Below, one piece after another: positions 26,960 through 40,887 of a stretch of DNA of 64,000 bases (the first letter of the stretch is position 1; every line of letters starts with the position of its first letter). Location of the stretch: the NCBI RefSeq assembly GCF_006345805.1, contig NC_043010.1, forward strand, positions 8,432,001-8,496,000, read 5' to 3'. The notes under the pieces are model-generated. The model had not been told where the DNA came from and searched no databases. It saw nothing but the letters and a program-made list of their open reading frames with translations. Position numbers and translations under genes: made by a program. The DNA comes from Octopus sinensis (lineage: Eukaryota).

Positions 26960-27420
26960 GCACTTAGAATAGTTAAAATATTTTTTATGAATATATTCAA
27001 AGCTTTAACTGATATTACAATTTACACTGATTTTCAAAAAGTTGAAATAGAAAGACGTGGCTTATGTCGCAGCCTCTTGCTTCTTACTAATGTTTAAAGG
27101 TTGCCCTGTTATTATAGGGAGTTCATGGCTCAAATTAGTATATGTTTTGAATAGGATTTGATTGGTAGAGGACAGTCACATGACTATCTTCGAAATTTTT
27201 GTAGGTTCCCCCCGCTACATCCTTGTCTTAGTATTAAGTGACAATGTTTGGTGTCATGCCCTAAAAATAGGGCAAGCTTCAAACACTAGTCAGAAGCAAG
27301 ACAGTTGCGACATAAGCCACGTTTTTCCATTCCAACTGTTTGGAAATCAGTGTAAACTGTGAAAGTGGTCAAATCTTTAAAGATATTGATAAAAATTATT
27401 TTAACTATTTTCAATGCATT
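26960..27420. mobile_element. Foldback/MITE-like element with ~150 bp imperfect inverted arms
   Basis: TTTACACTGATTTTCAAAAAGTTGAAATAGAAAGACGTGGCTTATGTCGCA mirrored by TGCGACATAAGCCACGTTTTTCCATTCCAACTGTTTGGAAATCAGTGTAAA. Confidence 0.7.
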
Positions 27421-27480
27421 TTCAACTTCTATTTTTCCTATATTTCTATCCGTGTGGAATAAAATAAATTTGTTTTCTAC

Positions 27481-27511
<31 letters not shown>

Positions 27512-27741
27512 ATTGTGCTCTTTCAGTTTCTGTCCACCAAATGCACTTGCAAGTCTTAGGTCAGCTTGGTCTATAGTAGAAGACACCTGCCCAAGTTGCC
27601 ATGCTGTGAAATTGAACCTGCAGCCAAGAGGTTGGAAGAGAACTTCTCAAGCACACAGCCATGCCTGTCCCTATATCCAAGACTGCAAAACTGTTGTTAT
27701 CCCCACACCACAGTCTAAATACCTATGTCTCTCAATATCTT

Positions 27742-27806
<65 letters not shown>

Positions 27807-28524
27807 ATATATATACACACACACACATGTAGATAAACTTGTGTAATCTGCATTCTGATTCTAAAGACTTTCTTTTTATTTCTGTTGATATGAATACATT
27901 ATCATAATGTGTTGTATTGGCAATTAGCCAATGACACTATCACATGGCCTGCTGAATCTCTACCACAACGACTGAACACTGTTCTTCAATTCATTTGTTT
28001 TGTATAGTTTATATTCCATTTTTATTTCTTTAAAATATTTCAGCACATTTATATTGTTTTTTTTTTGTATTTTTTTGTGTGCATGATTCCATATTGACAT
28101 CCAACTAGATTTAAACACTAACAAGCACTAAACTTTGTCAAATGTCAGCAACATTTAACTGTAGGGATAAGTTTTGTTTTATTATATTTACAGAAATTTG
28201 TTGTTAGCTCTCTAAACCAGCAGACCTACAATAAAATGAGCTCTTGCTGTGATAATTTCTGTTTATATTTTTATGTAACTGTAATATCATAATCTCTGCC
28301 AATTTTTGAAGACAGCAGAGAAAAAAATTTGAGGGAAATCTGTTGCTATTTTTAGCAGGTCAAGCAACCGTATAGAGGTGCTCCCCCTTACCCCATCTTT
28401 ATCATTGGCTCATAATAAATGTTGATGCTGTTATTGAACTCAAACTCATTCCTGTTTTGAACTAAAATTAGAATTAAACCTGCAGGGGAGGAAGGAAATT
28501 GTTCACAATTTTCCTGACAGCATA

Positions 28525-28539
28525 CCATCATCGTCGTCG

Positions 28540-28583
<44 letters not shown>

Positions 28584-28802
28584 GTCGTCGTCGTCGTCAT
28601 CATCATCGTCATCATCATCGTCATGATCGTCATCATCATCGTCATCATCATCATCGTCATCATCATCATCGTCATCATCATCGTCATCATCATCATCATC
28701 ATCGTCGTCATCATCATCATCGTCATCATCATCATCATCATCATTATCATCATCATCATTGTCGTCGTCGTCGTCATCGTCATTATCATCGTCATCATCG
28801 TC

Positions 28803-28871
<69 letters not shown>

Positions 28872-28874
28872 CCG

Positions 28875-28906
<32 letters not shown>

Positions 28907-28955
28907 GTCATCATCATCATCATCATCATCATCGTCATCATTATCATCATCAACA
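28525..28955. repeat. (CAT/CGT)n trinucleotide expansion at a SINE-E tail
   Basis: ~430 bp tract abutting TTTAATGTCC...CCATGC, the SINE-E 3' end. Confidence 0.95.
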
Positions 28956-29458
28956 TTTAATGTCCCTTTTCCATGCTTGAGGGGAACTTTCCATAGTCTG
29001 TTTTGGCTTGGTTTCTACAGCCGGACACCCTTCATGATGCCAGCCACTCCACAGAATATACTGGGTGTTTTTACATTATACCATCACCAGTGCTCTTTGC
29101 ATGGTACCAGTACCAGTGTTTTTTTTTATGTGGTGCCAGCACCCACACCAATTACTTTTTATGTGGCATCTTGGTTTTAGGACTCTAATTCTTTTGTGGT
29201 GGGCAGGTATTTTCAAGTACAGCAATGCACCATATATCTCGGCCCTCTGTCATCTCCTTCCTAATGTTCAGCATTTTGAGACCAGCCTTCAATGCTTTAT
29301 CTTCTTGGGTTTCCCATTTCCATAGCTTTTAAATCACGAGCTTGTAAATCATGGTGGTCTTATAAAGCTAATTCTCTCTCTTGCAGGCTTATAGTTTGGT
29401 GTTAAGAAAATTTTTCAATTCTTGCATTTATCAAATATGATGTCAACGGTAGTTTCTT

Positions 29459-29690
29459 ATTTCTTTATTGCCCACAAGGGGCTAAATATAGATGGGACAA
29501 ACAAGGACAGACAAACGGATTAAGTCGATTATATTGACCCCAGTGTGTAACTGGTACTTAATTTATTGACCCCGAAAGGATGAATGGCAAAGTCAACCTC
29601 GGTGGAATTTGAACTCAGAACGTAACGGCGGACGAAATACCACTAAGCATTTCGCCCGGCATGCTAACGTTGTTGCCAGCTCGTCGCCTT
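29459..29690 (-). mobile_element. SINE family B
   Basis: Imperfect ~23-bp TSD TATGATG.CAA..GTAGTTTCTT at 29436 and 29691. Confidence 0.88.
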
Positions 29691-30885
29691 TATGATGACA
29701 ATAGTAGTTTCTTGTCATCCAAGAAATACAGTTCTGTAATTCCTTTTTGAACAAACTGCACAAATGACTTGTCTATAGTGATCAAATATTTCTGCTGTAC
29801 ATTAGCTCACTGCTTCCATCAAAATGGTATTACCTGAACAGGTGCACAGGATACCACACATCAGATATTGAAGTGATCACCGAACAATATGGGATGGAGT
29901 GTTTTGCTCAAGAACACAATGCATCACCCAGTCCAGGAATTGAAAGCATGATATTATGAATTGTCGTGCAATACCTCGACCACTTGGCTATGCATCCCTT
30001 TGTTTAACAAATACCGTATTACTAAAAATAGTATATGATTTTGACTATGCTCTCTTATTTTGCTTGGTGATGAATTTCTTGATAACTTGGTTATCTATTC
30101 TATTGCAAGGGTGTGAATTTGGTTTATATGAAATATTTTATAGTTGCTATGTGTGTTTTAACTGGGTGCTGCTTCCATTGTTAATACAGCTTTCAATTTG
30201 TTTTAATATTATGCTACAGATTGTTTGACAAAATTATCAGTACACCTGTTCTTCACTGATATTTGTTTTATTATATTAATTTCATTTTCCGAACCATCAT
30301 TTGGAAAGAGAGAAAAAGACAGACAGGTGGAGGAGTAGAGAGAGAATCATCAAAGTAGTGATTTACAACTAACATTTTATATCTAGAGAGAGAGAGAGAG
30401 AGAAACATTTAATGTGTCCTTGCATTTATTGGCATGTATGGAATTTTTAGTGTAGACAATAAAATGACTATAAAAACACAACTGGGAGGCGGTTTATGAA
30501 ACAGCAAAGACCAGGAAGTTCTGGAAACACAGATGAACCAAGAGACATTATTGTTTCAAACAAAATGGAACAGATTAATAAATTAATATGAAAAAATGAA
30601 TAATACAAATAAAAAGTTAGCCTAGTTGCATTTTTGCATCTTTAATAATGTATTATACATATATATCTACACTATTTATTTATATGTACACATGTTGTAC
30701 ATACATATATACACATATAAAAATATGCATATGTGTGTGTGTGTGTGTGTGTATCTATATATATATATATAAATATGCACATACATACATACATACATAC
30801 ATACATACACACAAACACACATAATACATACACACATGCACACGCATGTATGAAGTGAATACACACACACACACACACACACATA

Positions 30886-31764
30886 CAGGGTGCGATGGGT
30901 AAATTGTTGCCATTTTACATTCTTAATTTCATGCATGTGCATTGTTTGCTTTTGATTTTGTCGACAACACAGTATAGTAGGGTCAGTTGGGCACCGTCTG
31001 TGAAAAAAAACAGCAACATGAAGCAATTCACCACTTCACTCTGCCAGAGGTTTGGAAACAACATACTGTACTGCCTAGCATTTGTACCAGAAGCTCCAAT
31101 GCGACCATTTCAGAGTGTTTGGGTGTCAATCTGAGGACATGTACCAAGAGTGATAAAAATCAAACATCAGTCAACATCATGGTGTCAGGAGTAACTACTA
31201 GTGATGGTGACACTATGCCTCCATTTATCTTTCCACAGGGCTTCAGACTCAACATGGAGGCCTACCTCAAGTGCCTGGAGGAGGTAGTGCTGACCTGGGT
31301 CAAGAGGGTGGTTGCTGAAAGACCCTATGCATGGCAACAGCTCTCTGCACCATGCCACACATGTAGGAGAACCCAGTCATTGCTGTCAGACAATTTCTGC
31401 AACCACAACACTCCTAACATCTTGCTTCCTAACTCCCCAGACTGCAACCCTATTGATTATTATTTGTGGGACAGAGTTGAGTGAGAGACCAACAAAATCC
31501 CTTGTAACACCAAACATGACATGAAGGCAATGATTACGGGTGCATTTACCAACTTAAACAAGGAGACCATCCAGTCGGGTTGCAGGAGATTTTAAAGTCG
31601 TCTGGAGGCCATGGTTGAAGCCAATGGTGATTTTATTGAATGAATTTACACTTTAGTATTTAAAATATTTTAATGTAATTTTGGGAAATATTTCTGTTAA
31701 AATGAAATGTCCACATAATTTTCATTTTTTGTAATTTAGATGACAGTTTGTTCATCACACTCTG
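30886..31764 (+). mobile_element. Tc1/mariner DD37D (maT-type) internally deleted element
   Basis: TA-flanked imperfect TIRs (CAGGGTGCGATGGGTAAATTG...CAGTTTGTTCATCACACTCTG). Transposase C-half WQQ(D>L)SAPCH...PNSPDCNPIDYYLW, with 37 residues between the 2nd and 3rd acidic positions. Confidence 0.88.
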
Positions 31765-31842
31765 TATATATAATATATAATATATATAATATATATATTT
31801 ATGTATGTATATTTTATATCTATATCTATCTATATCTATATC

Positions 31843-31897
<55 letters not shown>

Positions 31898-32068
31898 CTA
31901 TCTCTATATATATATATATATACACTTGTATGTTTGTATCTGTCCACATACAAATATATGCATATGTATACATACAAAGTGGAGGGTATATATTTATATT
32001 GAATACAAATATAGAAAGACCTTTGCTGTAGTAACTGGAAGAATGAAGAAAAGATGGAGGTCTACGAG

Positions 32069-32233
32069 GAAGAAGAAGAAGAAGAAGAAGAAGAAGAAGA
32101 AAAGAAGAAGGAAAAGAAGAAGAAGAAGAAGAAGAAGGAAAAGAAGAAGAAGAAGAAGAAGAAGAAGAAGGAAAAGAAGAAGAAGAAGAAGGAAAAGAAG
32201 AAGAAGAAGAAGGGAAAGAAGAAGAAGAAGAAG
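32069..32233. repeat. (GAA)n tract with periodic GGAAA interruptions
   Basis: Direct reading. Confidence 0.95.
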
Positions 32234-32611
32234 ATTATAAACACTTGCAAATTTTGAGTGGAACATTGCACAAGTAGCATCACATGGCTCATAATCTGGT
32301 ATCTGCTGTTCTACATCAAAAAATATTTGGCGCTTCAGAGTTTAAATATTTTCAGGTATTGAAGTAGAAATTCTGTTTTTAAGATTCACAATTTCATATT
32401 TAAAGAATATGGAAATTATTTTAACTTCCTCATTAAATAAACTGTGGGGTTCGGTTAATCATAGAACCAGTGAAATATCCCCCTTTTTTATTCCATTTTT
32501 ATATGCTTATCAATGAACAGTAGAATCCATCTGGTTGTAAATGTTTTGTTGTCATTGTCTTCTCTGCTGTTGCTACAATCACCATCTACACCACCACCAC
32601 CACCACAATTG

Positions 32612-32642
<31 letters not shown>

Positions 32643-33012
32643 CACCATCTTCACTCTTATCATCACGACCATTGCCGTATTTGTCATCATCATCAATGTA
32701 GATGTCATTGTTGTCGTCCTTGTAATTATTATCATCACCCTCTCCTCCCCGTCATCATCATCATCACTGACCTCTTCCTCTTCCTCATCAGCATCATCAT
32801 TGCCCTCATTGCAATTATGCCCATCATTGCCATCCTCCACCTCCTCATTATCATCCTCATCCACATCCTCCCCTTCCTCATCATCATCACCACCTTTATA
32901 AATATTCCAGAATAGGAAATTATTCCAAAACTTTTTGCGGCTCTAAAACAAGATATTCTAATATAAATTAATTAATTCAATACTGACCATAGAGTGAAAC
33001 GAAAATAAATGA

Positions 33013-33043
<31 letters not shown>

Positions 33044-33981
33044 CATGAATATATAATTAAATAAAAGGAAACTAAATTTTTGAAGCAGATATTTTTGGTT
33101 AGCAATTAAGTTTTATTTTTTTATTATTTTTTTTTTTTTTCACAATTGGCCATTTCTGATAAAAATCAGTTTCATTTGACACCAAATCAGTTATGGCACC
33201 TCACAGCTTTGTTAGTGCCAAATTAAAATGTGTTTGTTTATGTGTGTGTGTGTGTGCATGTGATGTATGCATATGTGTGTATGTAGGGATATGTGTGTAT
33301 GCATGTATACATGTGTGTGTGAATATTTGTTTCTTATCTTTTGTGTATTAGTGCATAAACAAATGCTCGTTTCATATAAATGAAATTAGTTATTGTTTTA
33401 CTTCATCATTGCTCCAACTTTGATGTTTGAAATGAATAGCTTAGATGCTGCCATACAAGAGATTGTGTCAAACAGAATAGCGTCGTTAATGACACTAACC
33501 AAATAAAGCATTTGCAGCAATTTTGTATGGAATCTACCGCAAAGCCATATTACTAAATACTCAGACAAATAGGATGATTTCAACTAAACCCTTAACTTAC
33601 GTTTGGATTGTAAATTTAATCTATTGCTTGGTTTAAACTTTTGATACCACACCACCTGAGACAAACCCTGTTTCTGTGATAACAAATTTCCTGCTTGAAA
33701 GTAATTTTAATTAAACCCTTCCATTAAAATTTCATGTTAATTTATGAACCAAACATCAATTTAATAATGAAAATTTTATTCTTCTAAATTCTTCATCCTT
33801 TTCAAAATTAAATGAAGGAAATGCGGCATGTTTCATCTGAAATATGGTAGCAAAAGGATTTAAGAACCTTTCTTGGTGAGTCAAGGAGAAATCTCTGCGT
33901 GGTTGATTAAACTATCAGATGTAGCAACAAAATTCCCCCTACTCTCTTAAAAGCAGCATACCTTAGATAATATAATCATAT

Positions 33982-34366
33982 GGAGGCGCAATGGCCCAGT
34001 GGTTAGGGCAGCGGACTCGCGGTCATAGGATCGTGGTTTCGATTCCCAGACTGGGCGTTGTGAGTGTTTATTGAGCGAAAACACCTAAAAGCTCCATGAG
34101 GCTCCGGCAGGGGATGGTGGTGATCCCTGCTGTACTCTTTCACCTCAACTTTCTCTTACTCTTACTTCCTGTTTCTGTTGTACCTGTACTTCAAAGGGCT
34201 GGCCTTGTCACTCTCTGTGTCACGCTGAATATCCCCGAGAACTACGTTAAGGGTACATGTGTCTGTGGAGTGCTCAGCCACTTACACATTAATTTCACGA
34301 GCAGGCTGTTCCGTTGATTCGGATCAACCGGAACCCTCGTCGTCGTAACCGACGGAGTGCTTCCAC
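33982..34366 (+). mobile_element. SINE family C with an alternative 3' tail
   Basis: Same head as 2904-3210 but a different 3' half ending GACGGAGTGCTTCCAC. Confidence 0.88.
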
Positions 34367-34592
34367 ATAATGATATACTTAAAAAACCCTATACATAAAA
34401 AAACAAAAAAAAAAGCAAAACCCAGGATGCTTATAGGTAGAATGTCTTTGATCATTAGTCGTTTCAATCCAAGTTGATTTGGTTTTGAACAACAACAGAA
34501 ATACCATGTCTTCAGGGGGCTTTTAATAGAGACTACTCTGATGCAAAGACTTGAGGATAACTTCAATTCATCCCACTATATTTATATTTGTA

Positions 34593-34925
34593 TGAAGGCA
34601 CATGACTCCGTGGTTAGAGCGTCAGACTCACAATCATGAGGCAGTGAGTCTGATTCCCAGACCAGGTTATGTATTGTGTTCTTGAACATGTTGCTCCAGT
34701 TTCATCGCAGCTGTAGAAATGAGTTGCAACATCACAGGTGCCAAGCTGTATTGGCCCCTTTGCCTTTCCCTTGAATAACATCGGTGGTATGGAGAGGGGA
34801 GACCGGTATGCATGGGCGACTGCTGGCCTTCCATAAACAACCTTGCCTGGACTTGTGCTTTGGAGGGGAACTTTCTAGGTGCAATCCCATGGTCAATCAT
34901 GATTGAAGCTAGTCTTTTACTCTTT
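34593..34925 (+). mobile_element. SINE family D
   Basis: tRNA-like head GAAGGCACATGACTCCGTGGTTAGAGCG; body homologous to 4975-5445 (-). Confidence 0.8.
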
Positions 34926-35238
34926 ACTCATTATATATATATATAAATATATATATAACACCAAGTAAATTAGGGGTTCTAGTTCCAACCCACTAAGAGA
35001 TAATATTTATCCAATATACTGTAAGAGTGATTTTAATGATTTCAGTAATTTATATTAAGATAATTGTATTCTTATCTTATATGTATTGAATTATAATGTA
35101 TATATGTATGTTATTAAGGTTCTCATTTTTATTAAATAAATAAATAAGTCAACATTCTAATATCCTAAAGCTGATGAACCAACTAAATTGTTTCTCCATT
35201 TTCTTATTTGTATTATATATATATATATATATATATAT

Positions 35239-35462
35239 ATTTCTTTACTACCCACAAGGGGCTAAACACAGAGGGGACAAACAAGGACAGACAAATGTAT
35301 TACATCGACCCCAGTGTGTAACTGGTACTTAATTTATCGACCCTGAAAGGATGAAAGGCAAAGTCGACCTCGGTGGAATTTGAACTCAGAACGTAACGGC
35401 AGACGAAATACAGCTACGCATTTCGCCCAGCGTGCTAACGTTTCTGCCAGCTCACCGCCTTA
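35239..35462 (-). mobile_element. SINE family B
   Basis: Full-length copy. Confidence 0.88.
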
Positions 35463-35808
35463 TTCATATATATTCATACATATGTGCCTTGCATTGCTTT
35501 GAGCCCTCAGATTTTGATGGAGAGATAGTGGTGCTGTGTGGGACAGTTTTAGATCTGGCAGATTTTAGACCTTGCAGAGGTTTGATCATGCCTGATGTTT
35601 TCTAGATGGAGAAAGACACAAGAAGACAGTCAAAATGGAAGAGAGGAATCAATCCCAATGCAAATAGGACTGGTACTTGTACTTATTGACTCCAAAAATA
35701 ACGAAAGGTAAAGTTGACTTTGGTAGTATTTGAACTGAGAACACAAAATTCTGGGGTGATACAGCAAATCAGTCCATCTGCCACTGTAATGACTGTTTAT
35801 GTGTGTGC

Positions 35809-35848
<40 letters not shown>

Positions 35849-35892
35849 TTGTATCTGTTTATTTGTCTATCTGTCTGCCTATCTGTCCTGTC

Positions 35893-35933
<41 letters not shown>

Positions 35934-35945
35934 ATCTATCTATCT

Positions 35946-37215
35946 ATATATATATATATATATATTATATGTATGTATGTGTGTGTGTGTGTGTGTACAT
36001 ATATTGAGTTGAAGCCGGCGAGCTGGTAGAAACGTTAGCACGCCGGGCGAAATGCTTAGAGGTATTTCGTCTGTCGTTACGTTCTGAGTTCAAATTCCGC
36101 TGCGGTCGACTTTGCCTTTCATCCTTTCGTGGTCGATAAATAAGTACCAGTTACGCATTGGGGTCGATGTAATCGACTTAATCCTTTGTCTGTCCTTGTT
36201 TGTTCCCTCTATGTTTAGCCCCTTGTGGGCAATAAAGAAATATATATTGAGTTGAAGTATAAATATCATAGAAGATATATACAGTGTTTAAGAGCTCAGT
36301 TATTAACACATCATTAAATTCCTATACATTATTACAATGCAATAAATGTTGATGAAATAAATGTGTATATACAGAATCAGCTACTGTGATCGTTTAGAGC
36401 AACATATTTGCAACAGAAAACAGCTGTAAAGTGTTAATGTCACATATAAATTTTAATCTACTTTTGACAGCTGTTTCAAACAAATAAAAATATCGTCGTA
36501 AATTTACATAATCAACATACATAATCAATCAATTTCATGTGATGCATTACTCATCTCATCATGAGAAAAACCTGAATATATATATATATATTATATATAT
36601 ATATATATGTATGTATGTGTGTGTGTGTGTGTGTGTGTACATATATTGAGTTGAAGCCGGCGAGCTGGTAGAAACGTTAGCACGCCGGGCGAAATGCTTA
36701 GAGGTATTTCGTCTGTCGTTACGTTCTGAGTTCAAATTCCGCTGCGGTCGACTTTGCCTTTCATCCTTTCGTGGTCGATAAATAAAGTACCAGTTACGCA
36801 TTGGGGTCGATGTAATCGACTTAATCCCTTTGTCTGTCCTTGTTTGTTCCCTCTATGTTTAGCCCCTTGTGGGCAATAAAGAAATATATATTGAGTTGAA
36901 GTATAAATATCATAGAAGATATATACAGTGTTTAAGAGCTCAGTTATTAACACATCATTAAATTCCTATACATTATTACAATGCAATAAATGTTGATGAA
37001 ATAAATGTGTATATACAGAATCAGCTACTGTGATCGTTTAGAGCAACATATTTGCAACAGAAAACAGCTGTAAAGTGTTAATGTCACATATAATTTTAAT
37101 CTACTTTTGACAGCTGTTTCAAACAAATAAAAATATCGTCGTAAATTTACATAATCAACATACATAATCAATCAATTTCATGTGATGCATTACTCATCTC
37201 ATCATGAGAAAAACC

Positions 37216-37250
<35 letters not shown>
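35946..37250. repeat. Near-identical ~643 bp tandem duplication, each unit carrying a SINE-B (36012-36241, 36654-36885)
   Basis: Offset 642-643 bp. The differences I found are homopolymer-length indels. Junctions lie in (TA)n. Confidence 0.92.
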
Positions 37251-37284
<34 letters not shown>

Positions 37285-37289
37285 GTATA

Positions 37290-38149
37290 TAAGGTGTGGT
37301 GAATAAACTGTCATCTAAATTACACAAAAATGAAAATAACACTGACATCTCATTTTAAGAGATATATTAACCAAAATTAAATAAAAATATCTTGAAATAC
37401 TAAAGAGTAAATTTATTCAATATAATCGCCATTGGCTTCAACCATGGCCTCCAGACAACTTTGGAAACTCCTGCAAATCTTTTGGACAGTTTCTTGGTTA
37501 AAGTTGGTGAATGCTGCCATAATCCTTGCCTTCAGGTCATCTTTGGTGTTACAAGGAGTTTTGTTGGTCTCTTGTTCAACTGCATCCCACACATAATTAT
37601 CAAGGGGGTTGCAGTCTGGTGAGATAGGTGGCAAGATGTTAGGGGTGATATGGTTGCAGAAATTGTCTGGCAGCCATGACTGGGTTCTCCTACATGTGTG
37701 GCATGGTGCAGAGAGCTGTTTGCCAGACATAGAGTCTTCTAGCAGTTACCTTCTTGACCCAGGGCAGCACTACCTCCTCCAGGCACTTGAGGTAAGCTTC
37801 TTTGTTGAGTGTGAAACCGTTTGGGAAGATGAATGAAGGCATAACGTTGCCATCACTAATGATCACTGCAAACACCATGATGTTGACTGGATATTTGATT
37901 TTTATCACTCTTCGTTCTCAGACTGGCACCCAAACATTCTGAAATGTTCGTATTGGAGCTTCAGGAGTGAATGCCAAGCAGTACGCATGTCATTTTCAAA
38001 TTTCTGGAAGAGTGAATTGCATCAAGGTGCTGCTTTTCTCACAGACATTGACCAACTGACCTTACTATACTGTGTAGTCGACAAAATCAAAAACAAACAA
38101 CGCACAAAATGAAAAATATAAAAAAGTAACAATTATCCATTCCTCCCTG
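37290..38149 (-). mobile_element. Second DD37D Tc1/mariner deletion derivative, inverted orientation
   Basis: Same family as 30886-31764: QLSAPCHTCRRTQSWL...PISPDCNPLDNYVW...EANGDYIE*, with matching ends. Confidence 0.88.
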
Positions 38150-40198
38150 TATATATGGTGAAAGAGAGAGAGAGAGAGAGAGCGAGAAAGAGAAAGAGAA
38201 AGAGAGAGTGAGAGTGAGAGAGAGAGTGAGAGAGAGAAAGAGAGAGAGAGTGAGAGTAACAGAGAGAGAGAGAGAGAGAGAGTTGGGGAGCGATGAATAG
38301 ATATTATGATTTATTTGACAATTTTATCAAAATTTAGCCTGGTCCATGTTGTATATATTCAAGTGGTCTATAAATGTGTATGATCTAATAATCATCTACA
38401 TATATATCTGATGGGTTTCTGCACATTTTCTGCACAACCAAATGCCACTTACAAAATATTGGTCAATCTATAAGTATGTTAAAAGATACTTGCCCAATGT
38501 CCTACTTTGTACACAAGGCTGTGTGGACTCTGGAGCCACACAGCCTTGAGTAGGTAATATGATTTGCTAAAATCCAATTCTGCAAATCAGTTTTAATTTG
38601 CAGCATGAATCACTTTTGCTTATGATGATGATAAGTACATCAGTAAAGATTCAATGCATCTAAAATCACTTCTTAATAAATCTGTTATATTCTGTTACTA
38701 TAGGGTAGCAAGTTTGTAGAATTATTAGCATGTCAGACAAAATGCTTAGCGGTATTCTTCTGACTTTACATTTTGAGTTCAAAATCTGTCTAGTTCAACT
38801 TTGCCTTTCCTACTTCCAGGGTTAATAAAATAAGTTCTAATTAAGCACTGGGGGCAATGTAGCCAACTTGAGTAGAAAATCTGTCTTGTTCAACTTGAGC
38901 CTTTCATACTTTCAGGGTCAATAAAATAAGCATGACATAAGTACTGGGAATGAGGTAACCAGTTTACTACCTCTCACCAAATTTTAGGCCTTGTGCTTAC
39001 AGTAGAAAGAATTATTTTGTGTCAGTATAGAAAATTATCATTATTGTGCAAAATTGTGCATGTCAAGCATATTTTGGTAAACAACTATGCAAGCAAAATT
39101 TTTGAAAACTGCAGATATGGTTATCAAAGATGATTAATTATTTTTGCAGAAAATATGTTATGTTATTTAGTTTTATAAAATGTGGAAAAATTTCAAACTC
39201 CCATAATGACGACAGATATTTACAGTAAAATGTATTGGAAAATGAAAGAGAAAGGAAGAGAGAGATTGGAGAGTAAGAGAGAGGCAGAGAGACAAACAGG
39301 CAGATAAGCAGTCAAAAGGATACACGGAAAGAAAGAGAAAAACAGAAAGAAGAAGGGAGAAAGGGATGCAGACAGACAGATACAGAAACAAAAAGGGGAA
39401 ACAGAGAATAAAAAAGATTGAGAGAAAGTGAAAGTAAAAAATATGGCAAGAAGCAGAGACATGCAGAGTGAGAGGGAAAGGGAGGGGGTTAGAGAGAAGG
39501 AGAGGTAGAGAAAATTGATAGAGAAGAAGGCTATCAAAAGCTTTCTAGAAGCAGGAGGCCTTAGAGAAAGGTGGGTGAAGACGTATTATGATGAGAGAAA
39601 GAAGACAGGAAGCATATTTCGTGTGAGAATGGAAAAGAAATAATTAAATAGAAAAACGAAAAACCAAGAAACAACAAAAAAAAAAGATAACAACAACAAC
39701 ATTACCACATTATCACAGAAAGAAACAAAAATGTGTTTAAATGAGGAAGGATTTTGAGAAAAACAGGATGGTAATAAATAGAAAATTAGCAGTAAAATGA
39801 CCGACGAAATGAGGTTCACCTGAAGGATGGAAATATAATTTAACGAGAAGATTATTGCTTAAATAAATAACGGTGTGTGTTTGTAGAAATTAAATTCGGA
39901 GAAAATGATTTCCCAGGCACAAATACGTCATGAAATTTGTATTCTAGGTGAATGCGAGTAAAATGAAAAAATGCAACAAAGCTCTGAAACAATTTAGCAA
40001 ACGAGGGAATGAAACAAATGGTTTTGGCTGATAACTGCTGCTTAAATGCTGTGGAAAAAAGATTCCAAAGAATATGTTAATAATAACAAATTCTTGTGAG
40101 TATTTCGGTGTGTACTTGTGTGTATATGTATTTTTCAAGTAGAAAACACGTATGTATATACATACATACATACATATATATGTGTGTGTGTGTGTATG

Positions 40199-40231
<33 letters not shown>

Positions 40232-40320
40232 ATATATGTGTATATATATATATATATGTGTGTGTGTGTATATATATATGTATATATATGTGTATATATA
40301 TGTGTGTATGTATATATATA

Positions 40321-40887
40321 CTTAGCGGTTCGGCAAAAGAGACCGATAGAATAAGTACTGGGCTTACAAAGAATAAGTCTCGGGGTCGAGTTGCTCGATT
40401 AAAGGCGGTGCTCCAGCATGGCCGCAGTCAAAATGACTGAAACAAGTAAAAAGAAAAAAAAAGAAAAAGAAAATTATATATATATATTACTCTTTTACTC
40501 TTTTACTTGTTTCAGTCATTTGACTGCGGCCATGCTGGAGCACCGCCTTTAGTCGAGCAAATCGACCCCGGGACTTATTCGTTGTAAGCCCAGTACTTAT
40601 TCTATCAGTCTCTTTTGCCGAACCGCTAAGTGACGGGGACGTAAACACACCAGCATTGGTTGTCAAGCAATGCTAGAGGGACAAACACAGACACACAAAC
40701 ATATACATACACATACATATATACGACAGGCTTCTTTCTGTTTCCGTCTACCAAATCCACTCACAAGGCATTTGTCGGCCCGAGGCTATAGCAGAAGACA
40801 CTTGCCCAAGATGCCACGCAGTGGGACTGAACCCAGAACCATGTGGTTGGTTAGCAAGCTACTTACCACACAGCCACTCCTGCGCCT
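40321..40887. mobile_element. Tail-to-tail SINE-A pair (+ 3' half 40321-40470; - full copy 40489-40887)
   Basis: Near-perfect inverted arms 40321-40452 and 40501-40630. Confidence 0.9.

Noticed and set aside
28391-28458. Possible minus-strand exon VQNRNEFEFNNSINIYYEPMIKM
   Set aside because: Weak acceptor, ends in phase 2 (incompatible with the 9108 acceptor) and abuts repeat remnants.
28388-29180. Poly-His/Ser/Ile/Met ORFs (also 14039-14368, 32513-32915, 62443-62811) and poly-Lys/Arg ORFs at 31740-32292
   Set aside because: Trinucleotide repeats lack stops in several frames; no splice or domain support.
33982-34055. tRNA-like sequence (also 3135-3210, 55910-55985, 34593-34665)
   Set aside because: Has A/B boxes but no proper acceptor stem, and continues into a SINE body; these are SINE heads.
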